Below are positions 39,923 to 47,592 of a stretch of DNA of 47,592 nt, one piece after another (positions within the stretch are counted from its first letter, which is position 1; each line of letters begins with the position of its first letter). Made by a program: the position numbers and the translations under genes. A model generated the notes under the pieces. It did not search any database. It saw only the letters and a program-made list of their open reading frames with translations, and was not told the DNA's origin. This stretch comes from Candidatus Moranbacteria bacterium RIFCSPHIGHO2_01_FULL_54_31 (GTDB taxonomy: Bacteria > Patescibacteriota > Minisyncoccia > Moranbacterales > UBA1568): NCBI GenBank assembly GCA_001784695.1, contig MFRV01000004.1, positions 1 to 47,592 of the forward strand, given 5' to 3'.

Positions 39923-40585
39923 ATGTCATATTTCTTCGCACGTTTCTTTCTTTCCCTCTTTTTCGTATTTTCATTGTTGTCCGCCGCGCTCCCGCTTTCT
40001 GCGGATGCGGCGCTGGTTCCCTGCGGGCGCTCATCCGGCACCGTCGCCGAGCAAGCGCCCTGCACTATCTGTCACGTCGTCATCGGCGGCCAAGGGCTGA
40101 TCGACTACGGTTTGAGAATTATGACTTTCGCGGCGATCGCGGTGATCGTCGCGATGGCTATCTTCTACATCGTTTCTACGGGCGATGAAGGGATGATGCA
40201 GACGGCGAAGAGCGGCATCAAGGCGGCACTGATCGGTTTCGCGGTGATGCTCGCCGCTTGGCTCATCGTCAACATCGTGCTCACCGTTCTGGTCAATACG
40301 GAGTTTCTGAACGGTATCAAGAAAGATGGTGCATTTACTTTTTCCTGTGATCCCAATTCTTCTTCCGCCGGTACCGCGACGGGAACTACACAGCAGCAGA
40401 CTGGAGGTGCTTCACCAGCTAACAATACAAGCGCTACTGGTACTACTGTAAGTACTGAAGGCGCGCCTTGTAGCGGACAGGATATTGACGGGGCTGTGAA
40501 ATCTGGCACGTGTAGATACACATCGTTTTGCACAGCGCTCACAGGCGCGACAGCGTGCGCTTCTGGTCAAAAGTGTTGTCTTTGA
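39923..40585 (+). CDS. VirB2/TrbC-like pilin with C-terminal 6-Cys module
   Basis: Signal, LVPCG..CTICH, YIVSTGDEG...AKSGIKAALIG; alternative start 39893. Confidence 0.8.
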   Translation: MSYFFARFFLSLFFVFSLLSAALPLSADAALVPCGRSSGTVAEQAPCTICHVVIGGQGLIDYGLRIMTFAAIAVIVAMAIFYIVSTGDEGMMQTAKSGIKAALIGFAVMLAAWLIVNIVLTVLVNTEFLNGIKKDGAFTFSCDPNSSSAGTATGTTQQQTGGASPANNTSATGTTVSTEGAPCSGQDIDGAVKSGTCRYTSFCTALTGATACASGQKCCL

Positions 40586-40669
40586 GAGAGGTAGGTTTCG
40601 TTATATGGTGATGGTGGCGATCAGTGCGCGGTGCATTTCGGTGTCAATTGCGAAGTACGCTCAAAAAAT

Positions 40670-40954
40670 ATGCACACTTTTTCCCTTATCGATACGGTGC
40701 TGGCTGCCGGCGTGATCACCGATGCTACGCCGATTGCGGAGATACTCTCGAACGTATTGCAATTTTTGTTGTCAATCGTCGGGATACTTGGTATAATCGG
40801 GCTAGTAGTTTCCGGGGCGCTGTATTTTTTCGCGACCGGGGACAATAGGCAGATCGCGGTAGCCAAGCGTGCGGCACTCGCATCGGTGATCGGCATCGTC
40901 ATCGCGCTCGGAGCGTATATACTTATAACTCAGATAGCGAGCTTTTTCTCATAA
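40670..40954 (+). CDS. VirB2/TrbC-like pilin
   Basis: SGALYFFATGDNRQIAVAKRA...IGIVIALGAY. Confidence 0.8.
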   Translation: MHTFSLIDTVLAAGVITDATPIAEILSNVLQFLLSIVGILGIIGLVVSGALYFFATGDNRQIAVAKRAALASVIGIVIALGAYILITQIASFFS

Positions 40955-41033
40955 CACAAAGGAAAGCATAAAAAATCAAAACGTTCGCGGCCGTTGTCCG
41001 GCAGGCTGAACACACTGAAAGGAGGTGAGAAGT

Positions 41034-41402
41034 ATGAAACAAATCAAACAAGCGGTATACGGAGCATTTGCTCTCGCTCTCGCGACTGCACCGGCAATAG
41101 TCGGAGCTCAGTGGTATCAGGGCAAGACTAACGCCGCTCAGTCCGGGTTGCCGGAGGACAGCATCTACAATATCATTTCCCGCACGATGAACTGGCTTTT
41201 GGCCATTCTCGGTTTTATCGGCATTATCGGTTTCGTGATTGCCGGTATTCTCTATCTCACCGCCGCTGGCGATGAAGGACAGATCGAGAAAGCCAAGAAC
41301 GCTATGATGTATTCCATCATCGGTATCATCGTCGCTCTCATCGGCTTCGTCATTATCCAAGCCGTAGAAGGCTGGCTGACATCCGGATCGACTCAGTTCT
41401 AG
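41034..41402 (+). CDS. VirB2/TrbC-like pilin (candidate major subunit)
   Basis: AGILYLTAAGDEGQIEKAKNAM.YSIIG; strong SD AAGGAGGT; own terminator. Confidence 0.85.
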   Translation: MKQIKQAVYGAFALALATAPAIVGAQWYQGKTNAAQSGLPEDSIYNIISRTMNWLLAILGFIGIIGFVIAGILYLTAAGDEGQIEKAKNAMMYSIIGIIVALIGFVIIQAVEGWLTSGSTQF

Positions 41403-41424
41403 TGTTTCTCGGATCACAGGAGGA

Positions 41425-41457
41425 AAGCCATCTTTCGCAAGGAGGGTGGTTTTTTCT
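41425..41457 (+). terminator. Intrinsic terminator
   Basis: AAAGCCATCTTTC-gcaa-GGAGGGTGGTTTTTT. Confidence 0.7.
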
Positions 41458-41615
41458 ATAACAAAAAAAGCGGACCCGTCCGCATCCCGCTTTGGCTGGA
41501 AGAGTTTCGCGCAAGCCTGCCCGAAAAGCTGGGTTCAATGTCGCTTGGCGTGGTTGTTTTTTTGTCCCGAAAAGAGTAGTATGGAGGAAGAAGAGACTCT
41601 TGTTGAAACAAAAAT

Positions 41616-42197
41616 ATGCGCCTACTCTCTCTCAGCAGCATTCTTTTTTTCGGGGCGCTTTTTCTGTTTCCGGGATACGTTTCCGCAGATACCGCCGGTT
41701 TTTCCTGTGTCGGAAGCAATGGTCAGACCGGTACCTGTATGTTCGGTGCGATAAATTGCAGCGCTACGCCGCTCGCATCGGCCAGCTGCGATGCCGGACA
41801 AATATGCTGTCCTACGGGATCGAGCAACACGAACACAAATACCAATACACAAACGAACGCGAATCCGACCTCTGGTTCCAGTATCCCAGTCTCTTGTCCC
41901 AACGGGACTATAAAAGGAGGGGTGTGTTTTCCTGCCGGGACAGGGCTGTCCAGTATGCCGATTGCGGATCTCCTGATGAGAATTATGGATTGGCTCTTGG
42001 GTATTTTCGGCTTCCTCGCTATCATCGCTTTCGTCATTTCCGGCTTCCAGTATCTCCTGTCAGCGGGCGATGAGGGGACGGCCGAAACTGCCAAGCGCAA
42101 TATGCAGTACGCGGCTATCGGCATCCTGGTCGCGCTCTCCGGCTGGGTGATCATTATGGCGATCGATCAGGCGCTCTCCGGCAATCCGTTTTTCTAG
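41616..42197 (+). CDS. VirB2/TrbC-like pilin with N-terminal Cys-rich modules
   Basis: Signal; 6-Cys module, (NT)n linker, CPNG..GVC; GFQYLLSAGDEGTAETAKR. Confidence 0.82.
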   Translation: MRLLSLSSILFFGALFLFPGYVSADTAGFSCVGSNGQTGTCMFGAINCSATPLASASCDAGQICCPTGSSNTNTNTNTQTNANPTSGSSIPVSCPNGTIKGGVCFPAGTGLSSMPIADLLMRIMDWLLGIFGFLAIIAFVISGFQYLLSAGDEGTAETAKRNMQYAAIGILVALSGWVIIMAIDQALSGNPFF

Positions 42198-42225
42198 GAT
42201 TTTAGTTTCCATATAACGCGTCATT

Positions 42226-42927
42226 ATGTATAAGAATATCATGCCACTGCTTTTCCTCGGACTGATGGTCAGTGTATTTTTTATGACCACCCCAATCGCT
42301 ATGGGACAGCCTGCTCCAGCCCCAGGTGGTGGCGCTATCCAGCCTAGCGGGACCGCCGGCACCGGCGCTATCCAGCCTAGCGGGACTCCTGCTGCCTCGG
42401 CTCCTCAGACTATCACCTTCACCAACCCTCTACGATTCCAGACGGTGGAAGAGGTGCTTGGCAGCCTCCTCAGTACGCTTCGCGGCATCATCGTCATCCT
42501 CTCTCTCGTCTTCATCGTCATCGGGGCGATACTCTACATCACGTCATCCGGCGATGAGGGCCGGATGAAGGTCGCGAAGGGCGCTATCACCGCCGCGATG
42601 ATAGGTCTCGCCATCGGCCTCGCCGCGCCGTCGTTCTTGAAAGAGATAGGTACTGTCCTCGGCTGGGGCGCGGTCAATAACGCCGAGGTAGCAGCAGCCC
42701 TCACCCTCTCCCAGATCGCGCGCAATGTGCTCGATTTCCTCCTCTCCATCGTCGGCATCCTCGCCATCATTATGCTGGTCGTCGGAGGCATTATGTACCT
42801 GACAGCCGCGGGCAACGAGGATCAGATTGATACCGGCAAGAAAATAGTGAAGTGGTCCATCGTCGGTATCGCCGTCGCACTGGCATCGCTCGTCATCGTG
42901 AGCCAGATCGCCGCGCTTTTCGTGTAG
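42226..42927 (+). CDS. Tandem double VirB2/TrbC-like pilin
   Basis: FTNPL; YITSSGDEGRMKVAK and YLTAAGNEDQIDTGKK. Confidence 0.82.
   Translation: MYKNIMPLLFLGLMVSVFFMTTPIAMGQPAPAPGGGAIQPSGTAGTGAIQPSGTPAASAPQTITFTNPLRFQTVEEVLGSLLSTLRGIIVILSLVFIVIGAILYITSSGDEGRMKVAKGAITAAMIGLAIGLAAPSFLKEIGTVLGWGAVNNAEVAAALTLSQIARNVLDFLLSIVGILAIIMLVVGGIMYLTAAGNEDQIDTGKKIVKWSIVGIAVALASLVIVSQIAALFV
42331..42386 (+). repeat. 23-bp exact direct repeat, in frame
   Basis: GGCGCTATCCAGCCTAGCGGGAC at 42331 and 42364 (GAIQPSGT x2). Confidence 0.9.
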
Positions 42928-42949
42928 CATACAAATCAGGCAAAAAGAA

Positions 42950-42982
42950 AACGGACAGCACAAGTGTTACTTGCTGTCCGTT
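42950..42982. terminator. Terminator between convergent operons
   Basis: AACGGACAGCA/TGCTGTCCGTT. Confidence 0.7.
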
Positions 42983-43003
42983 GTTGTTTGTGATGAAGGC
43001 AGT

Positions 43004-43750
43004 TCAGCCGCACTTCTTCACGGTGATATGGAGCGTCCCTTCTCCCCCATAATTTATTTCAGTAGGGAAGTTATTCACATCCATATCAATGTCAGTTTTC
43101 CCATTCGCGATGAAGGCATGCTTCGTTCCGGCGAAAATGGGCTGGCCATTGATGTGGAGGATGAAAGCCCCGTATGGTTTGTCAGGAAACAGATTCGGAT
43201 AAACCAAGGGGATACCCTGGTGTTCCAAGTCCGGACCCGCGAGCCATACTGTCCCATCTGGACGTGTGCCATCAGCGCGAATAACCTGATTGAAAATGGA
43301 ATGGGCATCGGTGGTATGGAAGTGATTCTGGGTTCTTTGCCCAGATGCTTCTATGATGTAGCGGCCCGGATCCGTGAAATGGAGAGTCACCAATGCCTGT
43401 CGCCCTTTCGACGGTTCAAAATCCGTTTCGTGGAGGATGAGGCATTGTGCCGGTGACCTGAAGGTCAACCAAGCGATACATACGCCGATGAGAATGACTG
43501 CTGCCCAGCATAGCTTGCCCCACAGCTTGGACTCTTTTGGAGTCTTGGTCTGCGAGGCTGGAGCAGCGGATGTAGCGGATGTGACAGAAGAATTCTGTCG
43601 GCTATTCCACTTTTCTATCGCCCAGATGCTATACTGTTTCCAGAGAAAGACGAGGAAGCCGATGATGAGGCCGATAATTGCGCCCCACCAAAACTGTCCT
43701 GTCAGCGCTCCCGCGATGAACGAGAGTCCTAGAATAATGCCGTAGATCAT
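43004..43750 (-). CDS. Membrane protein with possible LecA/PA-IL-like C-terminal domain
   Basis: 3 TM segments; IEASG..DG..PDKPYGAFILHING..DVNN..G.GTLHITV; ATGA overlap with upstream gene. Confidence 0.65.
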   Translation of the reverse strand: MIYGIILGLSFIAGALTGQFWWGAIIGLIIGFLVFLWKQYSIWAIEKWNSRQNSSVTSATSAAPASQTKTPKESKLWGKLCWAAVILIGVCIAWLTFRSPAQCLILHETDFEPSKGRQALVTLHFTDPGRYIIEASGQRTQNHFHTTDAHSIFNQVIRADGTRPDGTVWLAGPDLEHQGIPLVYPNLFPDKPYGAFILHINGQPIFAGTKHAFIANGKTDIDMDVNNFPTEINYGGEGTLHITVKKCG

Positions 43751-44874
43751 GATGCGTTCCTCCTTCGCGGTGTCAAGGGACCCTTACTTGGTCTTTCAGA
43801 TACTTTTTCCGACGAAGCTTGCGCGACGGCTGCCGCGGGCTCTTGCACGGGAGTATCCGATGCAGGGCTGGCAGGCGGTGTTGGCGAGGGAGGTTGATTT
43901 CCGCCATCGAGGACACCTTTGACCATTCCTGCCATACTGGCTAGCTGGCTCAACATCCCGCTTTCGCTTGTGGCGATGACGGTGGTTGACGTTTTCGCGA
44001 GAGCCTTTGTGGACCCTTGGGCGAGCACGTACGCTGCAGCATTTGCAGGATCAAGCCCGGCACCTGCTACAGCTTTGATCCGGGCAAACTCACCTTCACC
44101 AGCAAGCGAAGCTGCCTGCTTTTCGCCCTCGGCTATCGTTATTTCCGCAGTCTTTTGACTTTCTGCCCCGATGATCAGGACTTGCGCATCCGTCGTCGCC
44201 GCGAGCCGGCGCAGACGAATGGCGGACTCCTTTTCAGCCAGAATGAACTCGATGATGTCCACGGTAATAATTTTGACACCCCACCCTGCGAACATGGCAT
44301 GCAGTGTCTTATTTCCCATAACCTTCTTTTCTACAATAGTCTTCATTTTGTCTGTATTGGCTACGTTGAAATCGTATGATCCGAACAAACTCCGAAACTC
44401 TGCTTCGAGCTTGTTCAGCGTCGCCCGTTCGTAACCCTTGAGGACAATAGAGATTGATTGACCCGATTCGTTAGTAGACTTGAGCTGCAGATCCGTCTCT
44501 TCCACCGCGTAGGTGGCCAGGAGAGGATTTATGACTTGGTAGATGACCTGAATCAGGGCGCCTGCCTGCATATCCGCGAAGTCAATAGGATCCGGCCTGC
44601 CTACTCCCTTGCCCTCGCCCATTCCCATATGGATCGTGATCGGCTTTTCGGCTACGTTCAGTCGGTTTCGGACAAACATAATTGGTTTAATCGGAAACCA
44701 GAGAATATGGAGACCAGGTTCCCATGGATAAGCTATTGTTGGTATTCCTGGGAAGAGGTTAATTTCGATTACCCAGTTATCGGGTTTGTGAGTCCACTTG
44801 ATTGCTAGGGAGAGGTAGAGGACCAGGATTCCGATCACCACTTCCCAAAATGCTGGAGAGAGAAAAAAATTCAT
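43747..44874 (-). CDS. SPFH/band 7 domain protein
   Basis: N-terminal TM, PGLHILW, YQVINP..ATYAV, WGVKI..VDI, AE-repeat coiled coil. Confidence 0.82.
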   Translation of the reverse strand: MNFFLSPAFWEVVIGILVLYLSLAIKWTHKPDNWVIEINLFPGIPTIAYPWEPGLHILWFPIKPIMFVRNRLNVAEKPITIHMGMGEGKGVGRPDPIDFADMQAGALIQVIYQVINPLLATYAVEETDLQLKSTNESGQSISIVLKGYERATLNKLEAEFRSLFGSYDFNVANTDKMKTIVEKKVMGNKTLHAMFAGWGVKIITVDIIEFILAEKESAIRLRRLAATTDAQVLIIGAESQKTAEITIAEGEKQAASLAGEGEFARIKAVAGAGLDPANAAAYVLAQGSTKALAKTSTTVIATSESGMLSQLASMAGMVKGVLDGGNQPPSPTPPASPASDTPVQEPAAAVAQASSEKVSERPSKGPLTPRRRNAS

Positions 44875-44975
44875 GATGTACTCCTTCTTTATGAAAAATT
44901 GTTAAAGTGCCTATGGTTACAACAGAGAATCTGTCGCTGTTACTTCTTAGGCACCGCCTAATTCTGTAACCTCAC

Positions 44976-45004
44976 ATTATACACCTAAAACGTATAAAAG
45001 TCAA
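44976..45004 (-). promoter_or_regulatory. Sigma-70 promoter of SPFH operon
   Basis: TTGACT-17-TATAAT on minus strand. Confidence 0.75.
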
Positions 45005-45201
45005 TAGTTTGATCGATAGGTTCAACAAGTAAGTGCAACACTGTAAGATTCAGTGTATGGCACACGCATATCGACAATTGAATATCGGGGAACAGGAAAG
45101 TATTCAGCAGGGGCTCTGAGAAGCGGGGGATATAATTTATTATATATACAGTAAAAAAAGAAAAGCCTTGTTAATCAACAAGGCTTTAAGTATTGCTTTA
45201 T

Positions 45202-45840
45202 TTAACGAAAGTAGAGATAACCCAAAAAGAGCCAAACTGTTTCAACGACACTGGCGGCAAGGACGTCTTGGAAAATAGGCGGGTAAATTTCGCCATCCAA
45301 TTTTTTCCTAAGACAGAGACTGCCAACATTATCGCATTGCCGAGAATACATATCCGGCAGAGAGACGAGAGTCTCTTCACCTATTCCCACTGTTTCACTG
45401 GAAGCGGTTTGTAAAGAATACGCACGCCAGGTAGGGAAAAAGAAGAGCGCTATTACAAAAGGAATAAAAAGTATAAAGAGAATCATTCCAAAGATAGCAA
45501 GTATCATGAACCCCCAATCAGATGAATCGCTCGAACTTGAAGATGGCACTCCTGAATATCCACCACTAGAAGAACTGGTCTCTCTTTTCTTGGATTCTGA
45601 ACCCCAGAAGATTCCATGGTGAGAATGTTCCACATCACCAGTTTCCGTATTCACGCGCGTTATATTGTCGTTACCATCACGCTTGTCATCCCAAAGAATG
45701 CCCCAACCAGATTCTTCGACGGCACCGCTATCGGTATTGACTCTTGTCATCTGATTGTTGTCATCGCGTTTTGGATCCCAACAAATACCCCAGTCTGACT
45801 CTTCAATAATGCCAGTATCCTTGTTGATCCTTGTAGTCAT
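45202..45840 (-). CDS. Membrane protein with three 29-aa N-terminal repeats
   Basis: TR[IV]N..[TS]G..E.S..GI.W x3, Ser-rich linker, TM; SD GAGGAG. Confidence 0.75.
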   Translation of the reverse strand: MTTRINKDTGIIEESDWGICWDPKRDDNNQMTRVNTDSGAVEESGWGILWDDKRDGNDNITRVNTETGDVEHSHHGIFWGSESKKRETSSSSGGYSGVPSSSSSDSSDWGFMILAIFGMILFILFIPFVIALFFFPTWRAYSLQTASSETVGIGEETLVSLPDMYSRQCDNVGSLCLRKKLDGEIYPPIFQDVLAASVVETVWLFLGYLYFR

Positions 45841-45944
45841 GATACTCTCCTCTCAAATTGTAAAAGAACGGATATATCTTTAAAGTCACATAATTCAATT
45901 GATATGTCAAGGGCCTTGCGTTCTCGATTACACATTTTAGTGGA

Positions 45945-45973
45945 TTGACAAATGATAATTTATAAGCTATACT
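45945..45973 (+). promoter_or_regulatory. Sigma-70 promoter upstream of nusA
   Basis: TTGACA-17-TATACT. Confidence 0.8.
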
Positions 45974-46007
45974 GGGCATATACAGTTGATGGAAGGTATG
46001 GAAGTTC

Positions 46008-46027
46008 GCTTGATGCGGGCTTTTTTT
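46008..46027 (+). terminator. Leader terminator (candidate attenuator) of nusA
   Basis: AAGTTCGC-ttgat-GCGGGC-TTTTTTT; stem runs ~45998-46022, U-tract to 46027. Confidence 0.6.
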
Positions 46028-46089
46028 GTTCCTCATCTGACCATATATAATATGTAATCCATAAATCGTAATTTATTTATTCAAAGACT

Positions 46090-47451
46090 ATGGCAAAGAA
46101 GAAAATCGTCGCCGATGAAGCGGCAGCCGAAGACGGCAGCCTCTCGGGGCGTCTGGGCGAATTCGGCAGCGCGGTGATGCAGATCGCCGAAGAGAAGGGC
46201 ATCTCCAAGGAGCGCGTGCTCGAAGTCGTCGAAGCGGCACTTGCGGCTGCTTATAAAAAAGACTATGGCAAGAAAGGCCAGGTCATCCGCGCCGGCTTCG
46301 ATGAGGTGCAGAAGAGCGCGAGCTTTTTCCTCGTGAAAGAAGTCGTCGATGAGACGACACGCGAGTTCGTGGAGGCAAGCGATGAAGAGGCTGAAGAAGC
46401 AAGCGAGGCCAAAGAAGCGAGCGCACCCGAGGAAATCGACGATGACCGCCTGCCGCGTTTCAATCCGGAGCGCGATATGCTCCTTGCGGAAGCCAAGAAA
46501 TTGAAAAAGGGCATCAAGCTCGGCGAGACGATAGAATTGCCCCTCGAATCGCACGATGAGTTCGGCCGCGTGGCTGCTCAGACTGCCAAGCAGGTGATCA
46601 TCCAGCGTATCCGCGAAGCCGAACGCGAGACGATGTTCGAAGAATACAAGGAGAAGGAAGGCCAGGTCGTGAACGGCATCGTGCAGCGCGTCGAAGGGCG
46701 CAACGTGTTCGTCGATCTCGGCAAATCCATCGGCATCCTGTTCCCTTCCGAGCAGATCGAGGGGGAGAATTACCGTGTCGGCCAGCACCTGAAAGTGTTC
46801 CTCGTGCGCGTCGAATCGGATACCAAGGGACCGGGGCTGCTCCTCTCCCGCACGCATCCTGAGATGGTGCGCCACCTCTTCTCGCTCGAAGTGCCGGAAA
46901 TTTTCACCGGTACCGTAGAGATCAAGGCGATCGCCCGCGAGGCCGGTTCCCGCACGAAGATCGCCGTGTTCTCGGCGGAAGAAGGCGTCGACCCGATCGG
47001 CTCATGCGTCGGACAGAAGGGGACGCGCGTGCAGGCCATCATCGATGAGCTCGGCGGCGAGAAGATCGATATCATCGAATGGAATGAGAGCGAGGAGAAG
47101 TTCATCAGCGCCGCGCTATCGCCGGCCAAGGTGCTTTCCGTCCAGCTGTTCGAGGAAGAGAAGCGCGCCGTGGTCACGGTGCCGCAGGACCAGCTGTCGC
47201 TCGCTATCGGCAAACGCGGACAGAACGTGCGTTTGGCCGCGAAGCTTGCCGGCTGGAAGATCGACGTGACGAGCGAGGAAACAGTAGAGAATCAGGAATC
47301 AGGAATTGAGAATCAGGAAGAAGAAACTCCGGCAGCGCAAGAAAGCGTTGTTCTGGAAGCAGAAGCTGCGGAAGCATCAGAAAGCCTGAAGCCAGAAATA
47401 GAGAGCAAGAATCAAGACGAGGGAAATCAGGAAGCCGGAGAGGTAAAATAA
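46090..47451 (+). CDS. nusA: Transcription termination factor NusA
   Basis: [47 protein letters not shown]. Confidence 0.97.
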   Translation: MAKKKIVADEAAAEDGSLSGRLGEFGSAVMQIAEEKGISKERVLEVVEAALAAAYKKDYGKKGQVIRAGFDEVQKSASFFLVKEVVDETTREFVEASDEEAEEASEAKEASAPEEIDDDRLPRFNPERDMLLAEAKKLKKGIKLGETIELPLESHDEFGRVAAQTAKQVIIQRIREAERETMFEEYKEKEGQVVNGIVQRVEGRNVFVDLGKSIGILFPSEQIEGENYRVGQHLKVFLVRVESDTKGPGLLLSRTHPEMVRHLFSLEVPEIFTGTVEIKAIAREAGSRTKIAVFSAEEGVDPIGSCVGQKGTRVQAIIDELGGEKIDIIEWNESEEKFISAALSPAKVLSVQLFEEEKRAVVTVPQDQLSLAIGKRGQNVRLAAKLAGWKIDVTSEETVENQESGIENQEEETPAAQESVVLEAEAAEASESLKPEIESKNQDEGNQEAGEVK

Positions 47452-47483
47452 TCATCATTCCAAATTCTTGATTCGAGATTCTT
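47289..47483. repeat. Inverted GAATCAG heptamer arrays, one inside nusA
   Basis: GAATCAG GAATCAG GAATTGA GAATCAG (47289-47316); complementary array 47456-47483. Confidence 0.78.
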
Positions 47484-47553
47484 CGTTTGTTACGGAAATC
47501 TTTTAAAAAGAATCTCAGCGTACTAGCATAATAATTTCTTAAAAGAAACGCTT

Positions 47554-47592
47554 ATGAATCTCTGGCATGAAATTTCAGCGGGCGACGATGTG
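47554..47592 (+). CDS. Probable inorganic pyrophosphatase, N-terminus only
   Basis: MNLWHEISAGDDV resembles family I PPase starts; only 13 codons visible. Confidence 0.5.
   Translation, partial: MNLWHEISAGDDV

Noticed and set aside
39923..42927. Pilin array as a conjugative element or type IV pilus locus
   Set aside because: No relaxase, VirB4 or coupling protein; no GFTLxE prepilin motif.
45198..45380. Frameshifted alternative C-terminus for the repeat protein
   Set aside because: The main frame is open to 45202 and ends in a plausible hydrophobic segment; no slippery site needed.
27974..47451. nusA/infB separation as an inversion mediated by the heptamer repeats
   Set aside because: Repeats are at the 3' ends of both genes, which would not restore nusA-infB order.

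Overview
Bacterial window, most likely Patescibacteria/CPR (Parcubacteria-like). This is inferred from the VirB2-like pilin array, core genes largely lacking Shine-Dalgarno sites and many short intergenic palindromes. Core genes are dnaG-rpoD, cca, infB, typA, nusA, a probable ppa start and four tRNAs (Asn, Leu, Pro, Ser). Accessory content: (1) a decayed ~3.2 kb integrative element at the 3' end of tRNA-Asn, bounded by a 7-bp direct repeat, with an apparently split recombinase tail and a secreted CHAP hydrolase paired with a small protein resembling AB5-toxin B subunits; (2) an 11-gene CsoR-controlled copper island; (3) a GH28/GT-C pair divergent from five VirB2-like pilin genes, two carrying defensin-like 6-Cys modules; (4) an SPFH + lectin-like operon. 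Non-coding signals include a ~190-nt rod-like RNA candidate (6S-like), a 128-bp MITE with a TATG target duplication, boxA-like motifs before accessory genes, a terminator in the nusA leader and inverted heptamer repeats. All family assignments were made by eye from motifs; no searches were run.
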